Positions 12,969-24,978 are shown, numbered from the stretch's first letter. The stretch is DNA of 64,000 bases from Octopus vulgaris (GCA_951406725.2 OX597833.1:44578001-44642000); one strand, 5' to 3'. Notes: generated from the sequence alone by a model not told the origin. Program-made: numbers and translations.

Positions 12969-13240
12969 CACACACTCAGAGAGATAGTGTGTGTGTGTGT
13001 GTGTGTGTGCATGAAATCTGACAGTTTAATAAATTCTCATAGATTTAAACTATTTCGTAAAGAGATGCCTTTCCCAGTCACATCGCTATTCAAGCACATG
13101 TTCTGGGGTTCAATCTCACTGCACGTCATCATGGGAGAGTGTCTTCAACTATAGCCTCAGACAAACCAATACTTTTTCAGTAAATTTATTTCGCTTAGTT
13201 CTGCCGGACTAATATGCCAGGCATCTAGAGATAGATTCTT

Positions 13241-13349
<109 letters not shown>

Positions 13350-13453
13350 ATTAATTATTATTTGAGGGAATAAAATCCAAACTTACAAGGAAAAAGAATT
13401 CAATTTAGAAATACTAAATCAAATTCCACACAATATAATATATATATATAGAA

Positions 13454-13669
13454 TATTAGAAAAAAACCACCTTTTATCAATTCTAAATGAATAATTCAAT
13501 TACACCATCTAGAAAATTACATATAATAGAAAAGTTAAAATTAAAATAACAATTAAAATTAATTGCTTTTTAATTGCTATTTTAATTTTAACTTTTCTGT
13601 TATATGTAATTTTCTATGTGGTGTAATTTAATTATTCATTTTGAATTGATAAAAGGTTGGGTTTTTTTC

Positions 13670-13674
<5 letters not shown>
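13454..13674. repeat. AT-rich palindrome (~220 bp foldback)
   Basis: TATTAGAAAAAAACCACCTTTTATCAATTC... mirrored by ...GAATTGATAAAAGGTTGGGTTTTTTTCTAATA. Copy at ~44385-44605. Confidence 0.85.
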
Positions 13675-13707
<33 letters not shown>

Positions 13708-13935
13708 CCATTTCTGAAAAGGTAATCTCATCAATAATTCGATTAAATACCAATTCAAGATCGAATTCTAATCATAAAGTTTTGGAATTTTTTTAATCAT
13801 TTCGTGTAGCTCAGCTCCTACATTTATGCATCTTGTCTTGATTTCTGACTAGTTTATTATTTTAATTTAATAAAAGGAATTGAAAAGTGTATTTCATTTG
13901 CTGTATCATATTTCATTTTTCTTGTTTAATTTTAG

Positions 13936-13953
13936 CTACCACTGCTAAACCGA
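13936..13953 (+). CDS. Gene A micro-exon M4 (18 nt): (T)TTAKP
   Basis: ttttAG|CTACCACTGCTAAACCGA|GTGAGT. Confidence 0.8.
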
Positions 13954-14358
13954 GTGAGTAAATTTTTCTCTTATTTTACTTTCATTGTACAGAATTACAT
14001 TCTTTTGTGTCCACTAGTGGGACAAATTATTAGTGTCTCGTCAAAAAACGTTTACATCATTTCTGTCTTGTTGAGTTCTGAGCTCCAATTCCGCTAAGGT
14101 CGAGTTTCTCATGCTTTCATCTTGCCAGATGTCAATGAATATAATACTGTCTAGTACCAGGGTCTACTTAAATTAACAGTTGCATTTCTCCAAACAATAT
14201 AGCTTAAAGCTATCTATTCTATGTCATTCTGATATAACGCTTTCACTATGGGACGAAATGAAAACACTATTTATCATACACATAACAAATACGCCGTCAG
14301 GAAGATAACTAAAACGAAATAATAAAATTGTAAATAAAGTAAAATATACATAAGTATA

Positions 14359-14417
<59 letters not shown>

Positions 14418-14423
<6 letters not shown>

Positions 14424-14680
14424 GAGAAATGAGATACTCAGAAATCCGGATGGTTTTATATTTACAAATATTTATTAGTATGTTACATATTTTTATACAT
14501 CATATATCATATATTAGCGCTTTCGTCCATTCTACTAGAGCCTTCAAATTTGAAGGCTCTAGTAAAATGGACGAAAGCGCTAATATATGATATATGATGT
14601 ATAAAAATATGTAACATACTAATAAATATCTGTAAATATAAAACCATCCGGATTTATGAGTACCTCATTTCTTCTAATAT
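14418..14680. repeat. Near-perfect loopless palindrome (~260 bp)
   Basis: Centre CCTTCAAA|TTTGAAGG at 14548/14549. Copies at ~45490-45740, ~47283-47545 and ~49430-49680. Confidence 0.9.
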
Positions 14681-14707
14681 ATAATACCTGTACATTATCT
14701 CCAAACC

Positions 14708-14786
<79 letters not shown>

Positions 14787-15345
14787 TCCAAACCATCTAA
14801 TATGTATATATATACATCATCTCCAAACCTTCAAATATAATATATATATATATACAATGATGATGATATATCATAATGTTTTCGGGCTATTACAGTCCCT
14901 GTCAGAGCATATGTATACAATTATGTGCTTTAACTACAGCATTAGATCTTTTTAGCTCTTATTTCTAGCAATGTAGGTTTCTAGCACCCTTAGTCATATT
15001 TAGTGACAATTATTAGTTTTCCTTCTTTGGTAACACATTGCACTCGGCTGTCTATAGCAATTTTTTTTACATACAAACATATGGCACATAAAAACATCAT
15101 TTGAGCCTGGCTGTTGACAGTACCGCCTAACTGTCCCTGTGTCGGTAGCACGTAAAAGCACCCACTACACAGTAGTTGGCGTTAGGAAGGGCATCCAGCT
15201 GTAGAAACTCTGCCAGATTAGATTGGAGCCTGGTGCAGCAATCTCAACCAAACTGTCCAACCCATGCCAGCTTCGAAAATGGACGTTAAACGATGATGAT
15301 GATGAATGATACGTATATATATATGTGTGTGTGTGTATATGTAAT

Positions 15346-15468
15346 TTGCGTGGGTGTGTATATATATACATATCATCGTCCGCCTTTCATGCTGGCATGA
15401 TGTAATGTATATATGTGTATGTGTGTGTATATAGTTGTGTATGTATGCATATGTAATATATACATGTA

Positions 15469-15502
<34 letters not shown>

Positions 15503-15625
15503 TACATGTATATATTACATATGCATACATACACAACTATATACACACACATACACATATATACATTACATCATGCCAGCATGAAAGGCGGACGATGATA
15601 TGTATATATATACACACCCACGCAA
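15346..15625. repeat. Inverted duplication centred on a (TA)n tract (unit A only)
   Basis: TTGCGTGGGTGTG...CATCGTCCGCCTTTCATGCTGGCATG...(AT)n...CATGCCAGCATGAAAGGCGGACGATG...CACACCCACGCAA. Confidence 0.85.
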
Positions 15626-15884
15626 CCGGATCCAAAGACGGCACTGTGCTGCAATGTCTGCTGTGGATCGGTTTCTGTAGCTGGATGTTCTTCCTGACAT
15701 CAACCACTTTGCAGTATCTACCGGATCCTTTTCTTGTGGTACCAACACTAAGGAGGTCATCAAGTAACTTGTAAAACTGGAATCTCTATGACCTTTCAAG
15801 ACAATGGTCCAGTATGGCCACAGTCTGATGACTGTAACAAGTAAAAGATAAAATAAACGATAAACGTCGCCCTTTTCAAGCCTA

Positions 15885-16405
15885 GCCAGTCTCATGGGCC
15901 CGTTTTCCCAGTTACACTGACGTATGTGTTCCCCCCAGCTGGACGGGACGCCAGTCTATCGCAACGTTACTCAAGAAATAAGAAGTGAGAGTGAGAGAAA
16001 GTTGTGGCGAAAGAGTACAACAGGGGTCTCCACCACACCCTGCCGGAGCCACATGGAGCTTTTAGGTGTTTTCGCTCAATAAACACACACAACGCCCGGT
16101 CTGGGAATCGAAACCGCGATCCTCCAAACGCGAGTCCGCTGCCCTAACCATTGGGCCATTGCGCCTCCACAAAGCCTAGCCAGACTCATAGACACGGCTT
16201 CTCGGTTTCAATGGCGTATGTGTTCCCCAGCTGGACGGGACGCCAGTCCATCGCAGCGTTACTCATTTTTGCCTGCTGAGTGGACTGGAGCAACGTGAAA
16301 TGACGTGTTTTGCTCAAGAGCACAACGCGTCGCCCGGTCCTGGAATTGAAACCGCAATCTTACGATCATGATGCTGACACCCTAACCACTAAGCCAGGCA
16401 CCTCT
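15885..16405 (-). mobile_element. Two adjacent tRNA-derived SINEs
   Basis: Reverse complement of GTGGAGGCGCAATGGCCCAATGGTTAGGGCAGCGGACTCGCG...GTTTCGATTCCCAGACC (A and B boxes), plus a related subfamily copy. Confidence 0.75.
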
Positions 16406-16904
16406 ACAAAAGATAAAATATTAAGTACTAAACCCAAGTAATTGACTACAACCTCTTTCGAAATATGTAGACGTGTGATTATTATTGTTCTTCTTTGTTT
16501 ATCTATAACATACATTGCACGTTGCGAATGCTGTCTTCATATTTCACGTCGAAAAAACAGTCTAACTCTATTTTCGCCGCAGCCCGTCTGTCGCGTTGCC
16601 ATTTGTATACTGCAAACTAGCGCTTTCTTTAATATATAGTTTTATGTCACTACTTCTTTGTCATACTCTATCGATTCTACGCTAATGAGTCCTTTAAAAA
16701 TCAACCATCACCGCTTGTTGATAATCACCTCTATCAGCTTCTGCTTAATCAGTCACCAAATGCAGTTGTTGTTGGTGTTCTGGACCAGTTTCCAGTAACT
16801 TTACCCCTGATATATTGAATCGAGAATGAAAGTTCAAAAGACATTAAATAAACCGCTTTTGTATAAGAGCATTGTAGTTCGTTTGAAGCATTGTAATATC
16901 AAAG

Positions 16905-17170
16905 AAGGTAAAAAGAAAGAAAATAGCTTCTGACAATGCGGAAAGTTTTATAATACCTTTATATTTCAGGTGCAAAGGCACGTTTTCAGGAGAAAACAAT
17001 CTGGAGAATGTCCAGTTATGCAGATTCCGTTAACCCATTCAAATCCTTTGCATAACTGGACATTTCCCAAGTTGTTTTTCTTCTGAAGATGAGCCTTTGC
17101 GCCTGAAATATAAAGGTTTATAAAACTTTCCGCATTGTCAAAAGCTTTCTATTTTCTTTCTTTTTAACCT
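16905..17170. repeat. Foldback (~265 bp) carrying hammerhead-like motifs, just upstream of micro-exon M5
   Basis: Arms AAGAAAGAAAATAG..GACAATGCGGAAAGTTTTATA / TATAAAACTTTCCGCATTGTC..CTATTTTCTTTCTT. CTGAAGA...GAAATATA core at 17083-17112. Confidence 0.8.
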
Positions 17171-17202
17171 GCTTTTAATATGTTTTCTATTTTTTATTCA
17201 AG

Positions 17203-17235
17203 CTACTACAAAACCGCCACTTACTGTAGGTTCAC
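17203..17235 (+). CDS. Gene A micro-exon M5 (33 nt): (T)TTKPPLTVGS
   Basis: ttttattcaAG|CTACTACAAAACCGCCACTTACTGTAGGTTCAC|GTAAGT; identical in unit B. Confidence 0.8.
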
Positions 17236-18216
17236 GTAAGTTTTTCTATCTTCATTTCATTCAACAGAATTCTGATCCTTGTTACTTTTATACGGAAAGC
17301 AGTGGATGCTTGAATTGATTCAACATTCCCTTAAATTTTTTCCTGTATTTAGGTGTGTTCCTTTATGTTGAGAGTTCAGATCCCACTAGGTTTTATGGGT
17401 CACTCATCCATCTGGACGTTAATAAAATAAGTAGTCAACTACCAATGTCGATCAAATCAATTGCCCATTTTCCTTTAAATGTGGGATTTTGTGCCTCTTA
17501 AAAATCAATATCATGTAGACGAAGTGGGGTAGCAAAGTCAGTCACTAACCAACTATGTTACATTACGTTCTGAGTTGCATATTATACGGTAACGTCGTCT
17601 CACATCCATTGAGTTCGATAAAATAAAGTATCACTTAAGTCCTGGGGTCGATATAATCAACCCATACTCTCCCTGAAAATATGCAGAATTGTATCCGATA
17701 TCAGAAATCAGCATTATCATCATTGCAGTTTGCTTTCTATTGTTTATTTTTTTTAATTAAAACAGATATATTGTATGGTGATGGTTTTGCTGCTAGCACA
17801 TCGGTCGTGATTATTTCAATTAGCTCCTTCTCTAGTACTTTTTCCTGTGTCGGGCTTTCGTGTTGCGACAAATTTTTCAGGAATGCATTATTCTTGTGGA
17901 TTCCTGCGTGCTCGCGCATACGCAGACATACTCTCACACACACACACGGACACATACATACATACACATACACACATACATACATACATACATACATACA
18001 TACATACATACATACATACATACATACATACATACATACATACATACATGCATGCATACCTGCATGCATACATAAATACATTCATACATACATACATACA
18101 TACATACATACATACATACATACATACATACATACATACATGCATGCATGCATGCATGCATACATACATACATACATACATACATACATACATACATACA
18201 TACATACATACATACA

Positions 18217-18244
<28 letters not shown>

Positions 18245-18247
<3 letters not shown>

Positions 18248-18790
18248 GAAATCTGTCGGAAGGATAATCCCGAGGACAAAGAAATCAAAACCCACAATAT
18301 GGTAGAAACCATTCCAATAAAAAAAAATATTAGTGGAATGTACCAGTGAAGGCCTCAATAAAATGTAAGCACAACAGACCTGATATAATGATTAGGGATT
18401 GGGTAGAGAAACTGTGCACAGTTGCAGACTTTAGCTGCCCAGCAGATTTTAGCATAAAGCTAAATATCAGTGAAAAAGAGAACACCTACGCTGACCTATT
18501 GAGAAATCTGCAGTTACTCTATCCAGCTTACAAGTTCAGGTTTATACCTGAAATTATTGGGGCCCTGGGATATGTAACACACTGCCTAAATACCAATCTT
18601 GAGAAATTAGGCTTCTCAAAACCAGAAAGGGGGAAGCTAATTCGAAGACTAGAGATCCAATCCATCACTGGAACTGTAAAAATCTGTAAAACTTTCCAGA
18701 AGTTTATCGTTTAAATATATATGAACATGTCTAGATATGCAAGTATACGCATGAGAATACATGCATAACACAAAATATACAAATCTGCAC
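18245..18790 (+). mobile_element. 5'-truncated RLE-type (R4/Dong-like) LINE inside a (TACA)n microsatellite
   Basis: HNRPDIMI..K.C..DFSCPAD..EKENTYADL..IIGALG restriction-like endonuclease motif; (CATA)n on both sides. Copy at ~52078-52610. Confidence 0.75.
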
Positions 18791-18821
18791 ACATACATAC
18801 ATACATACATACATACATACA

Positions 18822-18852
<31 letters not shown>

Positions 18853-19345
18853 TGCTTTGAATTCGGTTTCTAAATCATTACAATTTCCTAACTTTCAGTT
18901 AGATATTTCAAACTGAGAATCAAAAAACAAATAAAATAGACCCACCGCGTATCTTCTACTATAGCCTCGAGCATTTGGTAGACAGAAACTGAAAAAAGTC
19001 CGTCGTGTGTGTGTGTGTGTGTGTACTAGATTACCCGTTACACGTTGGGTCACCAGTAGTTCAACGTACCCGAAAAAACTGCGTATCTCGGGAACCCGTA
19101 GTCCGATTTACGCGAAACTTGTTTTATTCCGTTTGTGTTCACTTAAGCATCCGATTCATGACATCTCCTGCATTTGTATCTTTCCTTCTCTTCTCGCCAG
19201 ACACTCAGCTCTCCGAGTGTCCGATTCCTGATCTCTCCTGCTTCTGTCTCTTTCCCTCTCTTCTACCAGACGCTCAGTCCTTGCTTTATCAGTCTCATCG
19301 ATCCTTCTATTCGCATGCCTGTCCCCATCTTGAGTAAAAAAAATT

Positions 19346-19790
19346 CGTAAAGGACCTGTTCGTACTTCGGTGTGAAATAATTGTTTCCACAGATCTTTTT
19401 CGAGTGCATTCAACGTATTTCACTTCCAAACCCACCGTAAGCCACTTTCTTCCGGAAAAGAAAGGGGAGAAGGGTTGTGGGGACCTCGGAGTTTCCCACC
19501 AACGGAGTTTGTTTTGTGATTTGCTTTTCTTTTCCAGATTATTTCGCTTGCTTTCAACGAATATGGCGTCGAAATCACGCGTAAACGGCTCCTTTCCCCA
19601 GAAAAGGAAAGATTTGGCAGTTATTTCTTGCACTCCCTTCTACCACGTAACAGTTATTTCCGGTCCTTTATCGCAGATAATTGCTACGTGGTAGCAGGGC
19701 GTGCTAGAATTAGCAGTGAAATCTTTGGAGGTGAGATACGTTGAATGCATTCGAATTATTTCACACCGAGCTTACGAACAGGTCTTTTAC
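19346..19790. mobile_element. Non-coding element with long terminal inverted repeats (MITE-like)
   Basis: GTAAAGGACCTGTTCGTACTTCGGTGTGAAATAATT..TGCATTCAACGTATTTCAC versus GTGAGATACGTTGAATGCA..AATTATTTCACACCGAGCTTACGAACAGGTCTTTTAC. Confidence 0.6.
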
Positions 19791-20163
19791 AAAATATTTA
19801 CTGCATTTTTAAAGTCATTTTCACTTTAAAATATTTTTAGATATGCCAAAAATAATTTGTCTAAGGATATTAACTTGAAAATAATTTTTAAAAACATTAA
19901 AATATTGTCTGTTTAAAGAAAACTATAAATACTTACTGTACAAACTTACATTTTTGAAATTCCATTCACTTAAAAATATTTGTAAATGATTAAAATATTG
20001 TGTTTAACAAAAACCAAAATAGAGCCATTTACTGTAAAACAAAATTCGTATTTTTTCGTTGGCAAGTCACTGATACTTTTGCACATCATAATCGAAAAGA
20101 ACAGAAAAATAATTAAAACCTCAAATATTCCCTTTCTGTATGATTATTCGTTTGTTTTTTTAG

Positions 20164-20211
20164 TTCCTAAGATAAAATTTGCTTGGCGTCGTCGACCAAA
20201 GTCTAACGCAG
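20164..20211 (+). CDS. Gene A exon M6 (48 nt): (L)PKIKFAWRRRPKSNA
   Basis: tttttttAG...GCAG|GTAAGT; phase 1-1. Conserved in unit B. Confidence 0.8.
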
Positions 20212-21009
20212 GTAAGTGAATTTCTTTCTTCATCTCATTTTAATAATTTTCACTCTTATTAAGTATAGTGCAAAACTCGGACTATTCCGGCAGACATGGA
20301 ACCAGGTTTCTGAATTTTCCGGTTCTCTGGAAACAGCCTAAATATATACTTAAAATATAAAATAAATATGAAAAGATAAAATTATATTTAACAGATTCAA
20401 ATTAATACACCTGTAGCGGGAATGCTCAGCGATTGGCTAGAGTATTTCCCGTGTGATAAAAAAAAATTCAAACCAATCATGACTTCACCTAGAACTGGCT
20501 CCAGCAACGAATCCATCTTTTCGTGCCTTTCTCCCTATCTAGCACTATAAAGTCAGCATACTTTATCTACTTAACAGAGAGCATTGACAGGCACCATAGG
20601 AGGCGGCCAACAGAGATGACGGCCAGCAGCTGACTCGAGCTGACAACCACAATGAACGATCGCCGACAGCTACACAATGACAAACAACTAAGGTTTTTGA
20701 CTGCTGGTACAATTACACGAAGAGAAATAACATTCGTATCCTCTCAACGACAACCTTTGCTGTTTGTTTACGGGAAGAATTAACTTTTGTTAACCATAAA
20801 TCTCACAGATTTCTATCTTCTATGTAACACACCTCAAAAACAGAAATTGTTTGATATTTATTAGACCACTTAAAATTCTTAAAATATATCATACTGTACA
20901 ATCTACCCGGTATAATGTTTATAGGATGAAAATTAAATGAAGAAAAGTAAATAACATGCTGTCATTCAATAGATACACATAAAATTAATACGCTTCTAAA
21001 GCAAGGTAT

Positions 21010-21315
21010 GTGGAGGCGCAATGGCCCAGTGGTTAGGGCAGCGGACTCACGGTCGGAGGATCGCAGTTTCGATTCCCAGACCGTGCGTTGTGTGTGTTTA
21101 TTGAGCGAAAACACCTGAAAAGCTCCACGAGGCTCCGGCAGGGGTGGTGGCGACCCCTGTTGTATTCTTTCACCCTAACTTTTTCTCAGTCTTTCTTCCT
21201 GTTTCTTGGGTAATGCTGCAATGGACTGGCGTCCCGTCCAGCTGAGGGGAACCCACACGCCACAGACACCGGGAAACCAGGCCCATGAGCCCGGCTAGGT
21301 TTGAAAAGGGCGCAT
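21010..21315 (+). mobile_element. tRNA-derived SINE
   Basis: A box TGGCCCAGTGG and B box GTTTCGATTCC. Copy at 54834-55115. Confidence 0.8.
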
Positions 21316-21328
21316 AAATAAAATATTA

Positions 21329-21383
<55 letters not shown>

Positions 21384-21399
21384 CTTCTATCCATAACAG

Positions 21400-21485
21400 A
21401 TACATTGCACGGTGCGAATATTACCAACGCTTCTAGAGTTTTAACAATTGCAACATACCTGGTTTTATCCGAAATTCTTCGTTAA
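21400..21485 (+). CDS. Gene A probable terminal exon: (D)TLHGANITNASRVLTIATYLVLSEILR*, GPI-signal-like
   Basis: tcttctatccataacAG acceptor, in frame with M6. Small residues are followed by a hydrophobic C-terminal tail. Frame and TAA are conserved in unit B. Confidence 0.65.
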
Positions 21486-21713
21486 ACAACTTTGAAAAAG
21501 AACCAAATAAGTTAGTAACTTCCTTCTCTTTAATGTTGTGCACAGTTTATTATGCTATTCATCGTCTTTTGCTTTTATATTCGATTGCTTTCCTTCACTT
21601 CTTCAAACCGACCTATCGTCAAAGACAGTCTAGAATTAATCATTCCATCTTTTCGAACATAGTTCATTTCAAACCTCATTAACTAATCTATCATTCCGTT
21701 TACTGATTGACTG

Positions 21714-21792
<79 letters not shown>

Positions 21793-21794
<2 letters not shown>

Positions 21795-23181
21795 GGAGTA
21801 AACACATAAATGTGAAACAAGGTGGAAAAAAGAGTACTCAAATACCAGTGGTAGAGTAATATGCTTTATTTTAAGCAGCAGAAAATTCAACAAAATCTGT
21901 TACTCTGAGTTTCTCGTTGCCGTTCATCAGACAGTTTTTGCTAGAATGGAACCGATATATCAATTCAATCTGTACTCTTACAAACGCTACACCTTTAAAA
22001 AGAAATGGACTTGTTTGATTGGCCCTTTAGAAAAAACGGTCAATCTTCGAGCGATAAACAAAAAGGTCAAAAATATATGTATATAAATATAAAAAAACTT
22101 ATAAAAATTATAAAATCCGAGGAAAAAACCTTACATTGAATAAAATACATATTGACGTTAATGAAGAAAGTGCAAATTAATGCATAGAAATTAAACCTGT
22201 TATAAATATTACACTGCAATACATATTTATATTAAAATCTACATATATATATCAACATACACAAAATTATGCGCGCAAACGCCATACATATACAGACGTA
22301 TGAATATAAATCTAAATATACACATAAAAGCATGTGTACATATATTCACGCAAAACCATCTCGCACGCAAGTTAAAAAAGATCTACGTAGCGATTCTCAT
22401 ATACTGAGTAAGGGGGGAACGAAAGAAAGGGAGAGAGAGAAAAAGGAACGAAGGAGGTGTAGGGAAAAAAACGAAATAAGAAAAAATTATGTATACAAGC
22501 AGTGTAACGGCATTATTGGCATATATGGAGACAAGTATACATACACAAGTTTGAATGGATACATATACATACAGTCGTGTATATGTGTGCTTAAGCACAA
22601 ACATACTTTCACTTACACATACACACATACGCATGCTTACAAATACATATGCTTTGCTATACACATACTTATATCAACATTCTAATTTTGACAACATTGC
22701 TTTTTTTTTAAAAAAACATTGCTTTTTTTAAAAAAATGGGTACATTAATAAAAATATATACGAAAGACATATAAAATAAAATATAACATCCTATTTTGGG
22801 TCATTTATAAATAATCAAGGTAATATAAATAATCAAGGTAATCCTATACAATACAATAACATGAAAACAAAGTTGGAGGTTTTTCCTAATATATATGTAG
22901 AAACATAAGACTTTGCAATACGGATTAAGATCCGCATAGCTTGAAACAAAATCCATCGTAGCGCTCATCGTTCAAGAGTCAAAATCAAAATCAAAAATAC
23001 AAAATATATACTCTATCCATATGGTATATTTATATTCGACATTTTAAATTTAGCCGCGTGCCTACATAAGTTCATTAGCTCACTTCTTTGATTCAAAGAA
23101 TTATTGTCTTTGAATAAGATGTACATTTTTTCTAATAGACAAAGCTTGCACTTGAAATTATTTTCTGCTGCTTAAAATAAA

Positions 23182-23183
<2 letters not shown>
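21793..23183 (-). mobile_element. Penelope-like element 3' fragment inserted in (TA)n (unit A only)
   Basis: Minus-strand CKLCLLEKMYILFKDNNSLNQRSELMNLCRHAAKF (PLE C-terminal motif) at ~23050-23155; 22-bp inverted repeat at 21864/23161; hammerhead at 21897-21934. Confidence 0.8.
21897..21934 (-). ncRNA. Minimal type-I hammerhead ribozyme (PLE-associated)
   Basis: CTGT-CTGATGA-ACGGCAACGA-GAAA-CTCAGAG-TA-ACAG: stem I CTGT/ACAG, conserved core, palindromic stem III, GUA cleavage site. Confidence 0.75.
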
Positions 23184-23249
<66 letters not shown>

Positions 23250-23521
23250 ATAAATGGTGGGGTTGTGTTGACCGACGTGGAGAAATGATAGGCAAGGAAA
23301 AATTATAAAAAGGCAGAATGCTAAATTGAAAGTAAATTTTAATGAATATGGGTGTATGGAATTTTGGCAAAGTAAGCTCCCGTCGAAGTTTTGTTTCCTC
23401 TTCTAGTTCTCCTATATTTTTTTTATTTTTAATTAGGTACTTCCGAGGAAAAAAATCCACTTCGAATGTGTTTCGGCATATTTTTTGCATTTATATGACT
23501 TCCAGAAGATTTGCTTTCTTA

Positions 23522-23740
23522 TCTCTTTTACTTGTTTCAGTCATTTGACTGCGGCCATGCTGGAGCACCGCTTTTAGTCGAGCAAATCGACCCCAGGACT
23601 TATTCTTTGTAAGCCTAGTACGTATTCTATCGGTCTCTTTTGCCGAACCGCTGAGTTGCAGGGACGTAAACACAGCAGCATCGGTTGTCAAGCGATGTTG
23701 GGGGAACAAACACAAACACAGAAACATACACACACACACA

Positions 23741-23776
<36 letters not shown>

Positions 23777-23945
23777 TATATATATATATATATATACATA
23801 TATACGACGGGTTTCTTTCAGTTTCCGTCTACCAAATCCACTCACAATGCTTTGGCCGGACCAAGTAGAAGACACTTGCCCATGGTGCCACGCAGTGGGA
23901 CTGAACCCGGAACCATGTGGTTGGTAAGAAAGCTACTTACCACAC
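23522..23945 (-). mobile_element. tRNA-derived SINE with internal (CA)n(TA)n
   Basis: Reverse complement of the 8162-8555 family. Copy at ~55878-56315. Confidence 0.75.
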
Positions 23946-24417
23946 AGTCATTCATGTCTACCACATCTCTTTTCTTTTTCGATGTGCTTCGTTTTCCAGA
24001 TTTTTTTCGTTTATTTTTGACATCCAAGGAGGTTGCCGTAGGCTTTTTCTAGTAGATTTTATAACTGTTGGTATAATTTCAGCTAAATTCTTAATTTCAG
24101 AGTTTATATATTCATTTACAAGTTTTCCGTCTGCAGACTGTTTTTCTATTTCTTTTAAACTAAAGGATCGTGTGTCAATCATCGTGATGAGGGTTGACAA
24201 TTTCGATGATATTTCCATATATATGAATGAATGAGAAATTGACATATAAACGTCAGTTTATTCAAAGATATTCATATCAATATAATATAAAATTCTTATC
24301 CCTACAGCTGCTTCCATGGCCAATTAATTCATTACAGAAAGTAAATTAAAGTAAATTAATTTAAAATTTTTATATTGGAATTGGTTAATTAGGTATTTCA
24401 TCAGGTCTTTGGCATAA

Positions 24418-24456
<39 letters not shown>

Positions 24457-24476
24457 GATGTGGAACACGAGTTGTG

Positions 24477-24800
24477 ATATATAAAAAAAGAAAATGCTGA
24501 CAAAATAATTTAAGTAAGGGAGAGTGTATTTAATTAGGTGAAAGTTCTTTTTACCGGTTGCGCATTTGTTATGCTTATCAAAAGATATTTTTAGTGAGAA
24601 GAGTTCCTTTCTGATTGATTTTTTCTCTTATCTGTAAGAGAAAAAATCAATCAGAAAGGAACTCTATCTCACTCGAAATATCTTTTGATAAGCATAACAA
24701 ATGCGCAACCGGTAAAAAGAACTTTCACCCAATTAAATACACTCTCCCTTACTTAAATTATTTTGTCAGCATTTTCTTCATTTCCTTTTTTTATACATAT
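24477..24800. repeat. Palindrome (~320 bp, ~4-nt loop)
   Basis: ...CTTTCTGATTGATTTTTTCTCTTA-TCTG-TAAGAGAAAAAATCAATCAGAAAG... Copy at ~56950-57285. Confidence 0.88.
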
Positions 24801-24889
24801 ATATATGTGTGTGTGTGTCTGTGCGCGCACGTGTGTATACATCCTGTCTATATCTATTTATGCTTTTATTCTATAAAGTGAATGAGACT

Positions 24890-24978
<89 letters not shown>

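Noticed and set aside
21010-21095. tRNA-like sequence with A/B boxes (also ~45263 and others)
   Set aside because: It is the head of a multi-copy SINE and continues into SINE body sequence; not a tRNA gene.
23958-24245. 95-101 aa minus-strand ORF retained in both units
   Set aside because: No recognisable domain, runs into a SINE, and retention is expected for a recent duplication; likely old TE debris.
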